A stretch of 64,000 nucleotides of DNA from Longimicrobiales bacterium. Its GTDB lineage: Bacteria > Gemmatimonadota > Gemmatimonadetes > Longimicrobiales > Gaopeijiaceae. Both the position numbers and the translations under genes were made by a program. Shown piece by piece: positions 40,101-51,584 of the stretch. The stretch is taken from NCBI GenBank assembly GCA_965226375.1, contig CBDDCX010000008.1:1-64000 (forward strand), written 5' to 3'. The notes beneath the pieces are model-generated. The model ran no database searches. It was not told where the DNA came from and saw nothing but the letters and a program-made list of their open reading frames with translations. The number at the start of each line of letters is the position of its first letter. The first letter of the stretch is position 1.

Positions 40101-42855
40101 TCAGTTACCCCAAATCTCTCCCAGAACCCGTTGAAAGTTGCCACCGAGGATCCCGCGGATGTGTTCGTCGGTGTACCGCCGCTTGATCAACGCTTCGGCC
40201 ACGTCGAACATGCGCTTCGGGTGCGCGATCGAGTCGATGTCGATCTTGTCGCGGAAGGCATAGCTGTCCTTGTATCCGGACTTGAGCCGGGCGTACTCCG
40301 CCGCGGGCATGTCGTCGTAGCCGTATAGATCGATGTCCGATCCGATGCCCAGATGCTCGATCCCAATCAGGTCCCTCACGTGGTCGAAGTGGTCGATGTA
40401 GTGCTCGACCGTGGTCGGTTCGTCGCCCTTCACGAAGTTACGGACGCCCGTGATGCCCATGACCCCGCCGGTCTCGGCCATGCGGCGAATCGCCTCGTCC
40501 GTCTTGCACCGTGGGTGAGGCGGATTGAGCGCGCGCACGTTGGAATGCGTGTATAGCACCGGCTTGCTCGACACCTCACACGCATCGAGTGTGGTGCGGT
40601 CTCCCGAGTGTGACACGTCGACCGCCATTCCGACCTGGTTCATGCGCTCTACGATGCTGACCCCGAAGTCGCTGATGCCTCCATCGATGCGCTCGGTGGA
40701 GCCGTTCCCGATCATGTTGCGTGTGTTGTACGTGAGCTGGCTCACCCGTTGGCCCAGTTGGTGGAACTGGTTCACGTCGTCCGGATTGCGGAAATGGGCG
40801 GAGTTCTGGACGCCGATCAGGATGCCCGCACGCCCCGATCCGTGCACGGAGGCCAGGTCGGCGGTGGAATCGACGCGCACGAACACGTCCGGCCGATTCG
40901 CGATGATGGAGTTGTAGGTCCCTACGAACGACAGGACGTTTTGATACGCCTGCTCCGTGGTCGGACCACCGACGCCCGAAGCGATGTGGAATACATCGAT
41001 TCCGGAGTCGATGAAGGTTTGTATGTCCTCGTCGGTGAGGCCGTCCGCAGCCGCGCCCCAGCGCGCCTGAGTCTCGGAATTCAGGGTCAGTAGGCCGAGC
41101 ATGTCGATCACGAGAGAGCCCTGCACGAGATCGATCGCGCGGGTGGAATACTCCTGCTGGCTCCACGCGAAGAGGCGGTGTCGACCCACGCGAACGAAGG
41201 GAGCGAGCAGGGAGGCTCCAGCAGCAACACCGGAACCTGTCAACGACAATGGGACACTCTACGGGATTAATTAGAGAGCAATGTCCTGTGTGGTGAGGGA
41301 AGGGATGGGAGGATTGATGAAGACGGCCTCCGGGAGCGGTTTGGGCTTCGGCACACCTCTGACGAAGCGTTCGGGATGAGCGGCCCATGCTTCGCGGAGC
41401 ACGGATTTCCTGCCGGCAATGACCTGATCGGCGTTCCCGAAGTGGACCTGCTCGGGGGTTAGCATCGAGATGCCGCCATGGCGGTGCTCGGCATTGTACC
41501 AGCGGAAGAACGATCGACAGAACGTCTTGGCTTGGCCCTGATCCCCGAACCGTCCGGGAAACGAGGGATGGTACTTCAAGGTTTTGAACTGAGCCTCGGA
41601 AAACGGGTTGTCATCCGACACCTGAGGCCGGCTCAACGAGCGGGTCACGCCGAGGTCAGCGAGAAGTTGAGCGGTGCATTGGCTCGTCATTGGAGCTCCC
41701 CGATCCGAGTGCAGGGTCAGGACCCGGGGCTGGACGCCATGCTTCAGGCAGCTCTGCTGGATCAACCGGCCGGCCAGGGCCGAGTTCTCCCGGTCCGCCA
41801 CCATCCAGCCCACGACGTAGCGGCTGTAGATGTCCATGATGACGTAGAGGTAGTAATAGCTCCACTTCTTCGGCCCGAGCAGCCGCGTGATATCCCAGGA
41901 CCACACCTGGTTCGGCGCCGTGGCCATCAACTCGGGCTTCTTGTACTCGGGATGGGTGCGCTGCGCCCGGCGTTCCTGAACCGGCACCTCGGAGGCCAGA
42001 ACACGATACATCGTGCGTTCGCTGCACAGGTAGACCTCTTCGTCGAGCAGCGTGGCCACCACCTCGGCGGGTGAGCGGTCCACGAACCGCTCCGAACACA
42101 GCGTGTCGAAGACCTCGCCTCGTTCCGTCTCGCTCAATGCCCGGGCGGGCGTCGGGCGGGGCTGCTGTTGCCCGGTTGATGGGCCTCGACGACGGTACAA
42201 CGTCGATCGGGAGACCTCGAGGGCCGCGCACGCCGGTTTTACACCGACGTGCTTAGCCAGCTCATCGGCCGCCTTCAAGAGTTTGTCCCGTCGTCGAGGC
42301 TTATCCCCAGCAGCCCCGCAACTTTTCCCTGCACGTCGATGATCAGGTGTGCCTTCCTGAGCTCATTCCCGAGCCGTGCGTTTCGCCGCTCCAGCTTGCG
42401 TACCTTCTCATCCAGCGGATTTCGCTCCGGCTTGCGGCCGCGTTTCTTCGACAGGGCCTTCAGCGACCCGCTATGCGCCGCCTTGCGCCACGTCGTCAGG
42501 TGCGACGAGTACAGGCCCTCTCGCCGCAGGACTTGACCCACCTCGCCGGGCTCGGTGCACCGGTCCGCTTCTTCGACGATCCGCAGCTTGTACGACGGAC
42601 TGAACCGCCGCCGTAGCGGCCTATCTACTACCTCCGGGTCCGCAGGAGCTGCCGCGCTTCGCTTGGCCTCCCCGGTTCCAGGGGCACTACCATTCTCTGC
42701 CATTCTCTCTCGCAGTCCCAACATGTTCGTTTTCTCTGCCTTCGCCCTACTCTAATTCTTTGCGTGCTCCGTGTCTCACGTACGTTGGCAGAGAGGGCAC
42801 CGGCTCCACGTAGGAGCGCACGCCGAGACAAGCTTCGGTTGGTCAAAGAGATCAC
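40101..42855 (-). pseudogene. Tat-exported M19 dipeptidase interrupted in its signal peptide by IS copy 2
   Basis: Removing 41230-42797 plus one duplicate restores MISLTNRSLSRRALLRGAGVAAGASLLAPF...; body has QLTYN, DVSH, THSN, HPRCK, GSD. Confidence 0.9.
41230..42797 (-). mobile_element. IS3-like insertion sequence, copy 2 (orfA 42275..42724, orfB 41271..42278; 2-bp CA duplication)
   Basis: Same length and same proteins as copy 1. Confidence 0.93.
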
Positions 42856-42938
42856 TCCGGTCCGGCCTAGAGGCAGGTGACCCGTGCGACCATCTCACGC
42901 CGATCTGGTTTGTGCAAGTCGCTGTCAGTACGATGCTC

Positions 42939-44359
42939 GGTACGCTGACAGGACATAGGTAACACTTCACTGACAGGACATGGGTGACAGTCTCGACCCG
43001 TAACGTGGTGCCGCCGAAAGGAGGCGCCCATGCCATGGTTGGAGACCGACCCCGTGACCGAACGCAAACGATTCATCATAGAGTGGCTGTCTGGCGAGTT
43101 CACCGTTGCTGAGCTCTGCCGACGCCACGAGATCAGCCGCAAGACCGGCTACAAGTGGATTGCCCGCTACGAGCGTGAGGGGCCCGAGGGCCTCGAGGAC
43201 CGCTCGAGGCGGGCGCACGACTGCCCATGGGCCACCGCTCCGGACCTGATCGAGGAGGCGGTTCGGATCCGCTACAGCCGTCGCCAGGTACTCGGTGCCC
43301 GAAAGTTCGCCCCCGACTCATCGCGCTCTATCCCGACCGGGACGTTCCTTGCGTACGCACGCTGCACCGTCACTTCATCCGTCGAGGACTGGTCAAGAAG
43401 CGACGACGCAGTCGTAAGCGGCCGCACCCGGGCAGGCCCACTGCACCGTTCGATGCCCCGAACTCCGTTTGGTCCGCCGACTTCAAGGGCCAGTTCAAGA
43501 CCCTTGATGGTGTCTACTGCTACCCGCTCACCGTACAGGACGGCTTCAGCCGCTACCTGCTTGGCTGTCAGGGTCTCGCTGGCACCACGTTCGTTGATAC
43601 CAAGCGAGTCTTCACCCGGCTCTTCCACGAATTTGGCATACCTACACGGATCCGGACCGATAACGGACCCCCGTTCGCTTCCATGGCTCTCGGCCGTCTG
43701 TCTCGGCTTTCCGTCTGGTAGATGAAGCTCGGGATCCTGCCCGACCTCATCGAACCGGCATCACCCCAGCAGAACGGCCGTCACGAGCGCATGCACCGAA
43801 CGCTCAAGGCCGAGACCACCATCCCGCCGGCCGGGAATAGGTCCGCTCAGCAGCGTCGCTTCAACGAGTTCTGCACCTACTTCAACGACCTACGATCTCA
43901 TGAGTCCCTCGACGACCAGACCCCAGCCTCCGTCTACGTGGCCTCGCCCAGACCCATGCCCTCCAAGCTCAGTTCGCCTGAGTACCCGGTGCACTTCGAG
44001 GTCCGAAAAGTGTCGAGCAACGGCGGGATCCGGTGGCACTCTGTCTGGATCAACGTCTCGCACCTGCTCGGTGGCGAGTGCATTGGTCTCGAGGAGATCG
44101 CTCCAGGTGTCTGGGCCGTCTTCTTTGGTCCCGTCTCGCTCGGCTGGCTCCACATAGATAAAGAAGCCATTCTCGACCACGATGGCTCCGCTTCGCGTAA
44201 CCCGCGTCGGTGAGCTCAACCCTTTACGTCCGCTGCTCCGCAGCAGACGCTTCTGACTCCATCGGTAGGAGGACCTTTAACTCACCTCTCTTTCATTTCC
44301 ACAGACTGTCACCCATGTCCTGTCACTGGGTGTTACCCATCCTGTGTCCTGTTCACTCA
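42939..44359 (+). mobile_element. IS481-family element; transposase 43030..44213 with a frameshift near 43305 and a stop at 43721
   Basis: ELCRRHEISRKTGYKWIARY, WSADFKGQF, IRTDNG, QNGRHERMHRTLK; repeated GACAGGACAT(A/G)GGT(A/G)ACA end motifs. Confidence 0.9.
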
Positions 44360-44469
44360 TCAGTCTGGAGCCGTCGCCTTTTGTGCAACCGGGAGGAGAA
44401 CAGTGCATGAGTCGGTCGTCTCGCGGGCGGCATGGTCGACAAAGGCGTCGGCCCATGTCGTGCGCCAGG

Positions 44470-45064
44470 TACTGGCCCAGGCCTTGCCATAGTGAAGCGC
44501 CTGCTGGCGCGGCCGGAGGTCGCGCTCTTCGTGCTCGTGCTCGTTCCGTATGCCTTCTTCTATCAGGGGGGAGGCTGGAACCAGAACTCACGCTTCGATC
44601 TGGTGCGCGCGATCGTGGAGCAGCGCACGTTCGAGATCGACAGCTTCACGTGTGCAAACCCGCACGCCGCGGACGTTCCCGGTCATCTGAATACCGGTGA
44701 CGTGAGTTGCCGCGGGCCCAACGGGCGATGCCAGGCGGCCACCGAGCCAGGTGAACGGACCTATTGCGACAAGGCTCCAGGCGTGTCCTTCCTGGCGGTG
44801 CCGGCGTACGTGGTCGCGTACCTGGTGGCGGGTAGGGGACCGGAGCCGCCAGGCCCCGGCTATCTGGCCGGGTCGTCACACCTGGTGACGATCTGGGCGG
44901 CGGGTGTGCCGGCGGCGGTTGCGGTGGCGATGGTCTTCCTCTTGCTCGGCACCCTCGGGGTGGGCACGCCACCACCCGCAGCCTGGGTGGCGCGTTCCGC
45001 AGCCAACAGGATCGACCGATCGGTGGGCTCGTTCTCAGGCGGGTCAAACGAACTTGGACCGTAG
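44470..45064 (+). pseudogene. Truncated integral membrane protein (possibly GT-C-like)
   Basis: YAFFYQGGGWNQNSRFDLVRAIVE...YCDKAPGVSFLAVPAY; degenerates after about 44970. Confidence 0.5.
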
Positions 45065-45108
45065 AGGCGTTCACCCCGTTCTAGCCGGCCGTTCAGCCAA
45101 AGATCAAG

Positions 45109-45219
45109 TCTGCACATGAGACATATTCAACATGTCCCCTCCGTCGGCTCAAAAAAAAACACGGGGGAGAGATTTCTGAGTGGGCTGGGGAGACATGTTG
45201 AATATGTCTCATGTGCAGA
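45109..45219. repeat. Perfect 28-bp inverted repeat with 55-bp spacer
   Basis: TCTGCACATGAGACATATTCAACATGTC / GACATGTTGAATATGTCTCATGTGCAGA. Confidence 0.9.
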
Positions 45220-45276
45220 GGAGGTGTGAGTGGGACACGCAAGCGAGGAAGTGAGAATCTTCTAGAGGGAGGGATC

Positions 45277-45516
45277 ATGGAAGTCAAAGCGTGGATCCAA
45301 ATGGGTTGTGAGAGGCGCGAGGTCACCTTCGACGTATCCGAGGCCGAGATCGAAACGGTCGGCGACGATCTGGAGGGGTTCATCGAAGATCAAGTTTTGG
45401 ACTGGATGCAATGCAGGTTCGGGTGGGGGTGGTCCTGCGATCTGATCGAGAACGATTTCGGCCACATGGAGGATGGGGAGTCCCCCCCGGCCTCGTGGCG
45501 ACGAATGAAGTCCTGA
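45277..45516 (+). CDS. Small acidic phage-like hypothetical protein
   Basis: RBS GGGAGGG; MEVKAWIQMGCERREVTFDV...VLDWMQCRFGWGW. Confidence 0.55.
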   Translation: MEVKAWIQMGCERREVTFDVSEAEIETVGDDLEGFIEDQVLDWMQCRFGWGWSCDLIENDFGHMEDGESPPASWRRMKS

Positions 45517-46045
45517 ATCCCCGGACCGAGCGGGTGCTGGTACAACCTCGAGCTGGCTGAGGGCGACCGACAGGCCGTCGGAGAAAAGTGTTGCACCTGA
45601 AGTTGCCAGTGACCGACGAGAACAATGATGAGGAGCCGCCGTTCTGATGAGCTCCTATTTTGATGTCCCCTCAAACCCCCTCCGGGACGGACACGCGAGC
45701 GAGGAAGCGGACCCCTGTGACTTCGGCGACCGTCCGACGCGCCAGTTGCCCCGCTCGCTGACGGTGTGTCCGGCGAGGCCACGGCGTAGTGGTGGCGGAC
45801 CCTGTTTTGGCACAGTTCTTGGCGCAGTCCTTGCAAACGCCGCGCAGCTATGCGGTGGCGCTCCTGCCTTGCGAGCAGCGGAGAGCGTCCGATGACGCTT
45901 CACGAACGTCTTTGAACAATCGCGACTGGCGCATCACTCGCTCTGCGCTTTGGGAATACTTCGACGGCCAGGCAGACGAGGCGACTGAGCCCCCATCTGA
46001 GACGTGGGAGGTCAACATCACCGCGTGGCGGGAGATCCGGAAGGC

Positions 46046-47566
46046 ATGACGCACCGAGGCCGCTTTCATCGTGGCGACCCTCGCGCGCGCGAGGCGGGAA
46101 GAAGGGGCGGGCTGGTGCGTGCGGCGCAGACACGTCGGGAGCAGGGTCCCTACGCCGGATCAGTTCTCCAAGCCATGGATTCGGCGGGTCTTACAGGTGA
46201 GTCATGGAGCGCCTGGCGGGCGTTTCTCAAGGCCGTGTTCGCGTTGCCCATGAGCGCAACGGAGCTACGGTGCTACCGCCAGCATACTGAGCGCGACTTA
46301 CCACCTGCCGAGCCGGTCCGAGAAGCGTGGATGCCGGTCGGTCGCCGGGGGGGCAAGAGCCGCATTGCTGCGCTCGTGGCCCTTTTCCTGGCTATCCGGT
46401 TCGACCCATCGCGGTTGGCACCGGGCGAAACAGCCATGGTTCCACTGCTTGCCGCCGACCGTCGCCAGGCGCGCGCTGTGCTCGGCTACCTAAAGGGCTT
46501 TGGAGAGATGCCTGACTTCGCGCCCTGGATCTATCGGACCTTGAAGGAGTCGGTCGAGCTTCATTCGGGGGTCGTCATCGAAGTCCACACCGCTTCCTAC
46601 CGCACGATCCGCGGCTACACGTGTTTGGGGGTCGTGTGCGACGAAATCGCATTCTGGCGAACAGACGATGGTGCGGCTAACCCCGACACCGAGGTTCTTC
46701 AGGCACTCCGTCCTGGGATGGCCACGGTGCCAGATGCACTGCTCCTCGGCATCAGTTCGCCGTACGCCGCCCGAGGCGAGTTGTACAACGCCGTTGAGCG
46801 GAGCTTCGGTCGAGACGATGCGCGAGTGCTCGTATGGAATGCCGACACGCGGTCGATGAACTCCAACGTCCCGCCTCACGTGATCGAGCAAGCCTTCGAG
46901 GACGACCCGGTCGCGGCGGCCTCGGAGTACGGACAGGACGGGCGCGTGGTGTTCCGCAGGGATGTCGAAGCGTTCCTCGACGTGCTCGCGATCCGTGCCG
47001 TGACTGTCGAAGGAAGGCGGGAGTTGCCGCCTCAGCACGACGTGCGGTACATCGCCTTCACGGATCCCTCCGGTGGGTCGCAGGACAGCTTCACGCTGGC
47101 CATCGCGCATGCGGAGGGTGACCTCGCTGTACTCGATGCTGTCCGCGAGGTGCGACCACCGTTTTCCCCCGACGATGTCGTGAAGGATTTCGCCGAGCTA
47201 CTACGGACATACCGAGTAACCGGAGTCACGGGCGACCGTTACGCGGGGGAGTGGCCGCGTGAGCGTTTCCAGCGCCACGGGGTCACGTACACGCCAAGCT
47301 CGCGCACCAAATCAGACATCTACCGCGAGCTTGTGGCCCCAATAAACGGCGGACGCGTCGCGCTGCTCGATCTTCCGGTGCTGCATGCTCAACTCCAGGG
47401 GCTTGAGCGGCGCGTCGCACGTGGCGGCAAAGACTCAATAGATCACGGTCCCGGTGGTCGGGATGATGTGGCTAACGCCGCTGCAGGCGCGCTTGCGCTG
47501 GTGTCGGTCGGACATGGCCGCGTCAGGATGCTATGGGGGAGACACCATCGCCAGAGGTCAGCATGA
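46046..47566 (+). CDS. Terminase large subunit-like protein
   Basis: Walker A GRRGGKS, Walker B VVCDEIAFW, ISSP, nuclease FTDPSGGSQDSF, DHGPGGRDDVANA. Confidence 0.85.
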   Translation: MTHRGRFHRGDPRAREAGRRGGLVRAAQTRREQGPYAGSVLQAMDSAGLTGESWSAWRAFLKAVFALPMSATELRCYRQHTERDLPPAEPVREAWMPVGRRGGKSRIAALVALFLAIRFDPSRLAPGETAMVPLLAADRRQARAVLGYLKGFGEMPDFAPWIYRTLKESVELHSGVVIEVHTASYRTIRGYTCLGVVCDEIAFWRTDDGAANPDTEVLQALRPGMATVPDALLLGISSPYAARGELYNAVERSFGRDDARVLVWNADTRSMNSNVPPHVIEQAFEDDPVAAASEYGQDGRVVFRRDVEAFLDVLAIRAVTVEGRRELPPQHDVRYIAFTDPSGGSQDSFTLAIAHAEGDLAVLDAVREVRPPFSPDDVVKDFAELLRTYRVTGVTGDRYAGEWPRERFQRHGVTYTPSSRTKSDIYRELVAPINGGRVALLDLPVLHAQLQGLERRVARGGKDSIDHGPGGRDDVANAAAGALALVSVGHGRVRMLWGRHHRQRSA

Positions 47567-47623
47567 TCGTGCAGTCCAGTAAGGGTTTAGACGATTCCTT
47601 TCCGTGATTCGGCTAGCCGGGGT

Positions 47624-47670
47624 CTGAATGGGGTTCAGGGGGTCGCCGGTTCGAATCCGGCCGTCCCGAC
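47624..47670 (+). other. 3' half of tRNA-Pro(GGG), att-site scar
   Basis: CTGAATGGGGTTCAGGGGGTCGCCGGTTCGAATCCGGCCGTCCCGAC; 5' half absent. Confidence 0.85.
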
Positions 47671-47848
47671 TTGTTGCAGCACAACGACTTACGGAATTGC
47701 ACACCTGCTCGCTGGGTGTGCAATTTTGTAAATAGGTACCACATAGGTACCATCGCCGACGTGCATAGGGGATGGATTCCTGTGTCTAGCGCAGGTCGTC
47801 CAGTCAGCGGCGACTAGGTCACGGTCCCGCCGTTTTCGATCCACTCGC

Positions 47849-49089
47849 TGACGTGCCCCCAGTTGTGGTACCACTCCCTATGTTAGACCTGCCGCGATCG
47901 GTGGTCCCTGGAGCTGGGGCATCCGGAGGAACCAAGACGATGGTTTGACCGCCTCCGGGGCGGGGGGGTAGACCGCCCCAGGCGCTGTGTGGTCGGACCG
48001 TATTGTACAGGCGCCTCCACTGCTCGATGAGGACAACGGCCTCAGGCAGCGTGTAGAAGATCTCGCCGTTCAGGAACTCGTTCCTCAGCTTGCCGTTGAA
48101 GCTCTCGTTGTAGCCGTTCTCCCACGGACTGCCCGGTTCGATGAAGAGCGTCTGCACACCGAGTCTGGCCAACCATCGCCGCACGAGCTTCGCCGTGAAC
48201 TCCGGGCCGTTGTCTGAGCGCAGATGCTCGGGCGGGCCGTGGCGCACGAACAGGTCGGTGAGCACTTCGATCACATCATGGGCTCGAGTCCTTCGAGCGA
48301 CCTTGATCGCCAGACACTGTCTCGTGTGTTCGTCGAGCACGGTGAGAAGCTTCAGCGCACGACCGTCGTGGGTCCGTGTGCTCACGAAGTCATACGACCA
48401 GACATGATTCTTGTGCAGCGGCCTGAGTCGTATGCAGGACCCGTCGTTGAGCCACAGCCGACCTCGTTTCGGCTGCCTACGGGGCACTTTGAGCCCCTCC
48501 TGCCTCCAGATCCGCTCCACGCGCTTGTGGTTCACCTGCCAGCCTTCGATGCGCAGCATGTTCGTGATCTGGCGATACCCGTAGCGACCGAACCGGCTCG
48601 CCAACCGCACGACGTCCGTACGTAGCGCCGCTTCATCGGCCCGTCCCTTCCGCACCCGGCGCTGGGTCGTGCGTGGTTGCCCGAGCACCCGGCACGCTCT
48701 CCTCTCCGACGCCCCGAGCTGCTGACGTACACGCACCACACAACGTCGTCGGCGCTCGGGGCTCAGAAGTTTCCCTTGGCCGCTTCCTCCAGGATCAGCT
48801 TGTCCAGTGTCAAGTCCGCCACTGCTCGCTTCAGGCGCCGTGCCTGGCTCACCTTCATCCCGCCGTACTCCCGCCTCCACCGGTAGTACGTCTGCTCGGT
48901 GATGCCGAGCTCCCGGCTCATCAGCTTCACGGATTTGCCGCGGGCCAGACCCACCTCTGCCTCCCGCAGTGCAGTGATGATCTGCTCCGGAGTGTGTCGC
49001 TTCCTTCCCATCCCGACCTCCTCGCTGAAAAGCTTCAGACCAGGTCGATCCTAACATTGCACCTGGTCTCGTTTCAGGGGGTCAGATCA
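47849..49089 (-). mobile_element. IS3-family (IS407-like) element; orfA 48763..49011, orfB via frameshift
   Basis: TG...CA ends; MGRKRHTPEQII; WSYDF, RSDNGPEF, PWENGYNESFNGKLR. Confidence 0.92.
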
Positions 49090-49112
49090 CCGGAGCTCAA
49101 CGTGATAATGTT

Positions 49113-49143
49113 CTTGACAACGTAGCGCGGGCTCGATTACAGT
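49113..49143 (+). promoter_or_regulatory. Possible sigma70 promoter
   Basis: TTGACA followed by TACAGT at near-canonical spacing. Confidence 0.3.
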
Positions 49144-49297
49144 CGTCGCTAGAGTACGTCCTGACTTCGTACAGAACGCGCATCGCGTGGGAAGGGAAGC
49201 GAGGGGTCGGTGGCCCAAGACCAAGCGATTTGGCGAGCGGCCTGATTATTAGAAGCGTCCGGAAGCGGTCCGGCGTGGCCTCGAGGGAGGAAATGCG

Positions 49298-49561
49298 GTG
49301 GCCGAGAATACAGAAAAGAATGAGAGAATTTTGACGAACGGCAATGTCAAGGATCTGCTAGACGTGATGATCAACTTATCGCGCGCTGCCAGAGATCTGG
49401 CTCTTGAGGGTTCGTTAGAGACAGGTCGATGTCTCGATGCCTTGGACTATTCGCTGCGGAGTATGAAGGAAGCCACTCGCTACGGCAATGCCATCTCCTG
49501 GGATGATGAGATCAGCCTGATCTCAGAACGGGTTCGTGCCGTGCGAGAATCTGCCATCTGA
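49298..49561 (+). CDS. Small helical hypothetical protein
   Basis: RBS GGGAGG before GTG; lower GC than flanks. Confidence 0.5.
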   Translation: MAENTEKNERILTNGNVKDLLDVMINLSRAARDLALEGSLETGRCLDALDYSLRSMKEATRYGNAISWDDEISLISERVRAVRESAI

Positions 49562-50123
49562 TCGCTCAATATGCTGATGCCCTGCAATTGACGTAACGGC
49601 CACGGGAGCGGGGCTGGAAGACTGGGTTTTGTCCACGCTGGATGTGGCCCGCCGCATGGACGCGGACTTTCCCATCGCCGCATAGCTGGGTGCGATTTAG
49701 GAGGTCGGCAAGATGTCCATTTCGACGCTGTGGAAGGGGATTACATGGTCTGAAGGGATGCGCGGAGAACTCCTGACCTAGAGTCTCATTGGAGGGAGCT
49801 CCCTCACCATACCTCCGAAGTCCCAGATGTTGATCGAACCGACTCTATCGAGGACGACGCCTCTTTCCTGCTCTCCCCAGACGCGAACCATCGTGGGTAA
49901 CTGGTCTCGTGCAGGCACAGCGCTCCAGGCGGCCAGGCGGATGAACGCTCAATGGGAGGTCATCCGGAGATTGCCAAGCATTTGAGCATAGGCTCTCGTT
50001 GACCGCTGACTTTGCAAGAGGGCGCGTGTCCGATCGCCCCGAATCTCGAGGAGGACCGCATCCCACGACCGACCTCATCCGGCTGTTTCTGTGCCTCACG
50101 CCTTGGCGAAGACCATCTGCACG

Positions 50124-50843
50124 TTAGCCTTTCGGAACGCCGAGTAGTCGATGGACGTTGTTCTTCCATTCCTCCGGGACACGCTGGGAACAGCAGTACT
50201 CACGCAGCGTTATCTCCAACTCGTTCGGGCTTGGCGAGCTCAACGAAGCACGTTTCTGTAACGTCGAGAGGAGGTCTGACTCCGTGTGTACCCAGTCGAT
50301 TGAAGACAATGAGCTCGTGATCTTGGTCACCGTTACTGACGGTCCCAGACGCTCAGTGTGCGATGTTTCGATGTTAAGAAGAGGACCGCTCGGAGCTGCC
50401 TTATCAGTTCTTACCGCCCGAATCAAAGCTGAGCCCATGACAGGGGTGATCGTCATGAGACCTGCCTCAAGGCAGATCGTATGATCATCTTCAAGGAAGC
50501 CCAAGACTTCCTTCGGGTAGCATCCTGAAATGTCGGACATCTCTCCCTCTCCGATCGCGCCCCTCACGAATCGGCCGCTCGCTGCGACATGTCGCATTAT
50601 CGCGACTGCGATCGTTACGCATCGTTCTAACGACTTCTCGTGGTGGTCGCTCACCACGATGAAACCGTCTCCAAACTGATGTGCGAAGAGGCGTTCAGGG
50701 ACATCTGGATAGCAACGTCGTCCAATACGGAGGATTGCCCGCATGAGCTCCCCGAGTGACCAGATGACTCGGTCCTCAGACTCCCACAGCGCACCGAAAC
50801 CTTCAATATCTAGGTAGATAGACCATCGATCTGACACAGCCAA
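50124..50843 (-). CDS. Stand-alone class III nucleotidyl-cyclase-like protein
   Basis: IYLDIEGF, QFGDGFIV, VRGAIGEG, MGSALIRA motif order. Confidence 0.6.
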   Translation of the reverse strand: MAVSDRWSIYLDIEGFGALWESEDRVIWSLGELMRAILRIGRRCYPDVPERLFAHQFGDGFIVVSDHHEKSLERCVTIAVAIMRHVAASGRFVRGAIGEGEMSDISGCYPKEVLGFLEDDHTICLEAGLMTITPVMGSALIRAVRTDKAAPSGPLLNIETSHTERLGPSVTVTKITSSLSSIDWVHTESDLLSTLQKRASLSSPSPNELEITLREYCCSQRVPEEWKNNVHRLLGVPKG

Positions 50844-50928
50844 TCCTCCCGCGATCCTGGGATTCGTAAGTCGCTACCCGGTGCCAATCCGTGCCATACT
50901 CTAACTGAGAAGTGATGTGACGTTCGCG

Positions 50929-51290
50929 GAGGGTGTCCTAAGTTTAGTTGGAATTTGAAGTGACCTCCGACCTCGGGTAAGGTGGGTGTGAGGAACACAA
51001 CACCGAACCATGAGAGGAAGGAGGCCACCAATGGAGAGAGTGCCACAGCTTGTACGTCGAGGCAAGAAGGACCGAAGGATGGGTGCGCCGAGTGAACTGG
51101 ACTGGGAAGCGATCGAGGCGCTGAGGACCGAGATGCGGGTGGAATTGATCCAGGAATTGATACCGCTTGGGCTGGCGGAGGTGGGGCGGGTGCTGGACGA
51201 AGAGGTCGAGCGGTTGGCGGGTCCGAGGCACGCCCGCAAGGGAGAAGGAGAAGTGATCTACCGGCATGGGAGCAACCCGGGCTCGCCGAA
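50929..51290 (+). pseudogene. 5' fragment of another IS256-family element
   Basis: IQELIPLGL...LDEEVERLAGPRHAR...YRHGSNPGS; IR-like GAGGGTGTCCTAAGTTTAGTTG. Confidence 0.65.
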
Positions 51291-51584
51291 GCGGCGGAGA
51301 CCGCAAGGCATGAGGAGCGAGGCCATGGGCGAACCTACCGGATAGAGGACCGTTCCACGTGGCAATGGCAAGCCCGTGGTGGCCTTGAACGGCTTCGGTC
51401 TACGCGTCCCTCGGATGCGATCTGAGACAACGGCAAGGATTCCCGCCAATCGACTCCGGCTTTCCGGCTATTGTGACACGATGGAGTCAGATATCGTCCG
51501 ACGGCAAGTGCGGCAGATCGTGCAGTCCTAGTTGAACTTAGACGATTTCTTGCCTTGCATCACGTCATCTGTACTCTGCCGAGG

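Noticed and set aside
8763..42797. Inversion or composite transposon between the two inverted IS3-like copies
   Set aside because: Each copy keeps its own matching 2-bp duplication, and copy 2 sits in a restorable gene, indicating independent insertions
39988..47670. Two intact tRNA genes
   Set aside because: Both lack the D arm and the 5' acceptor strand
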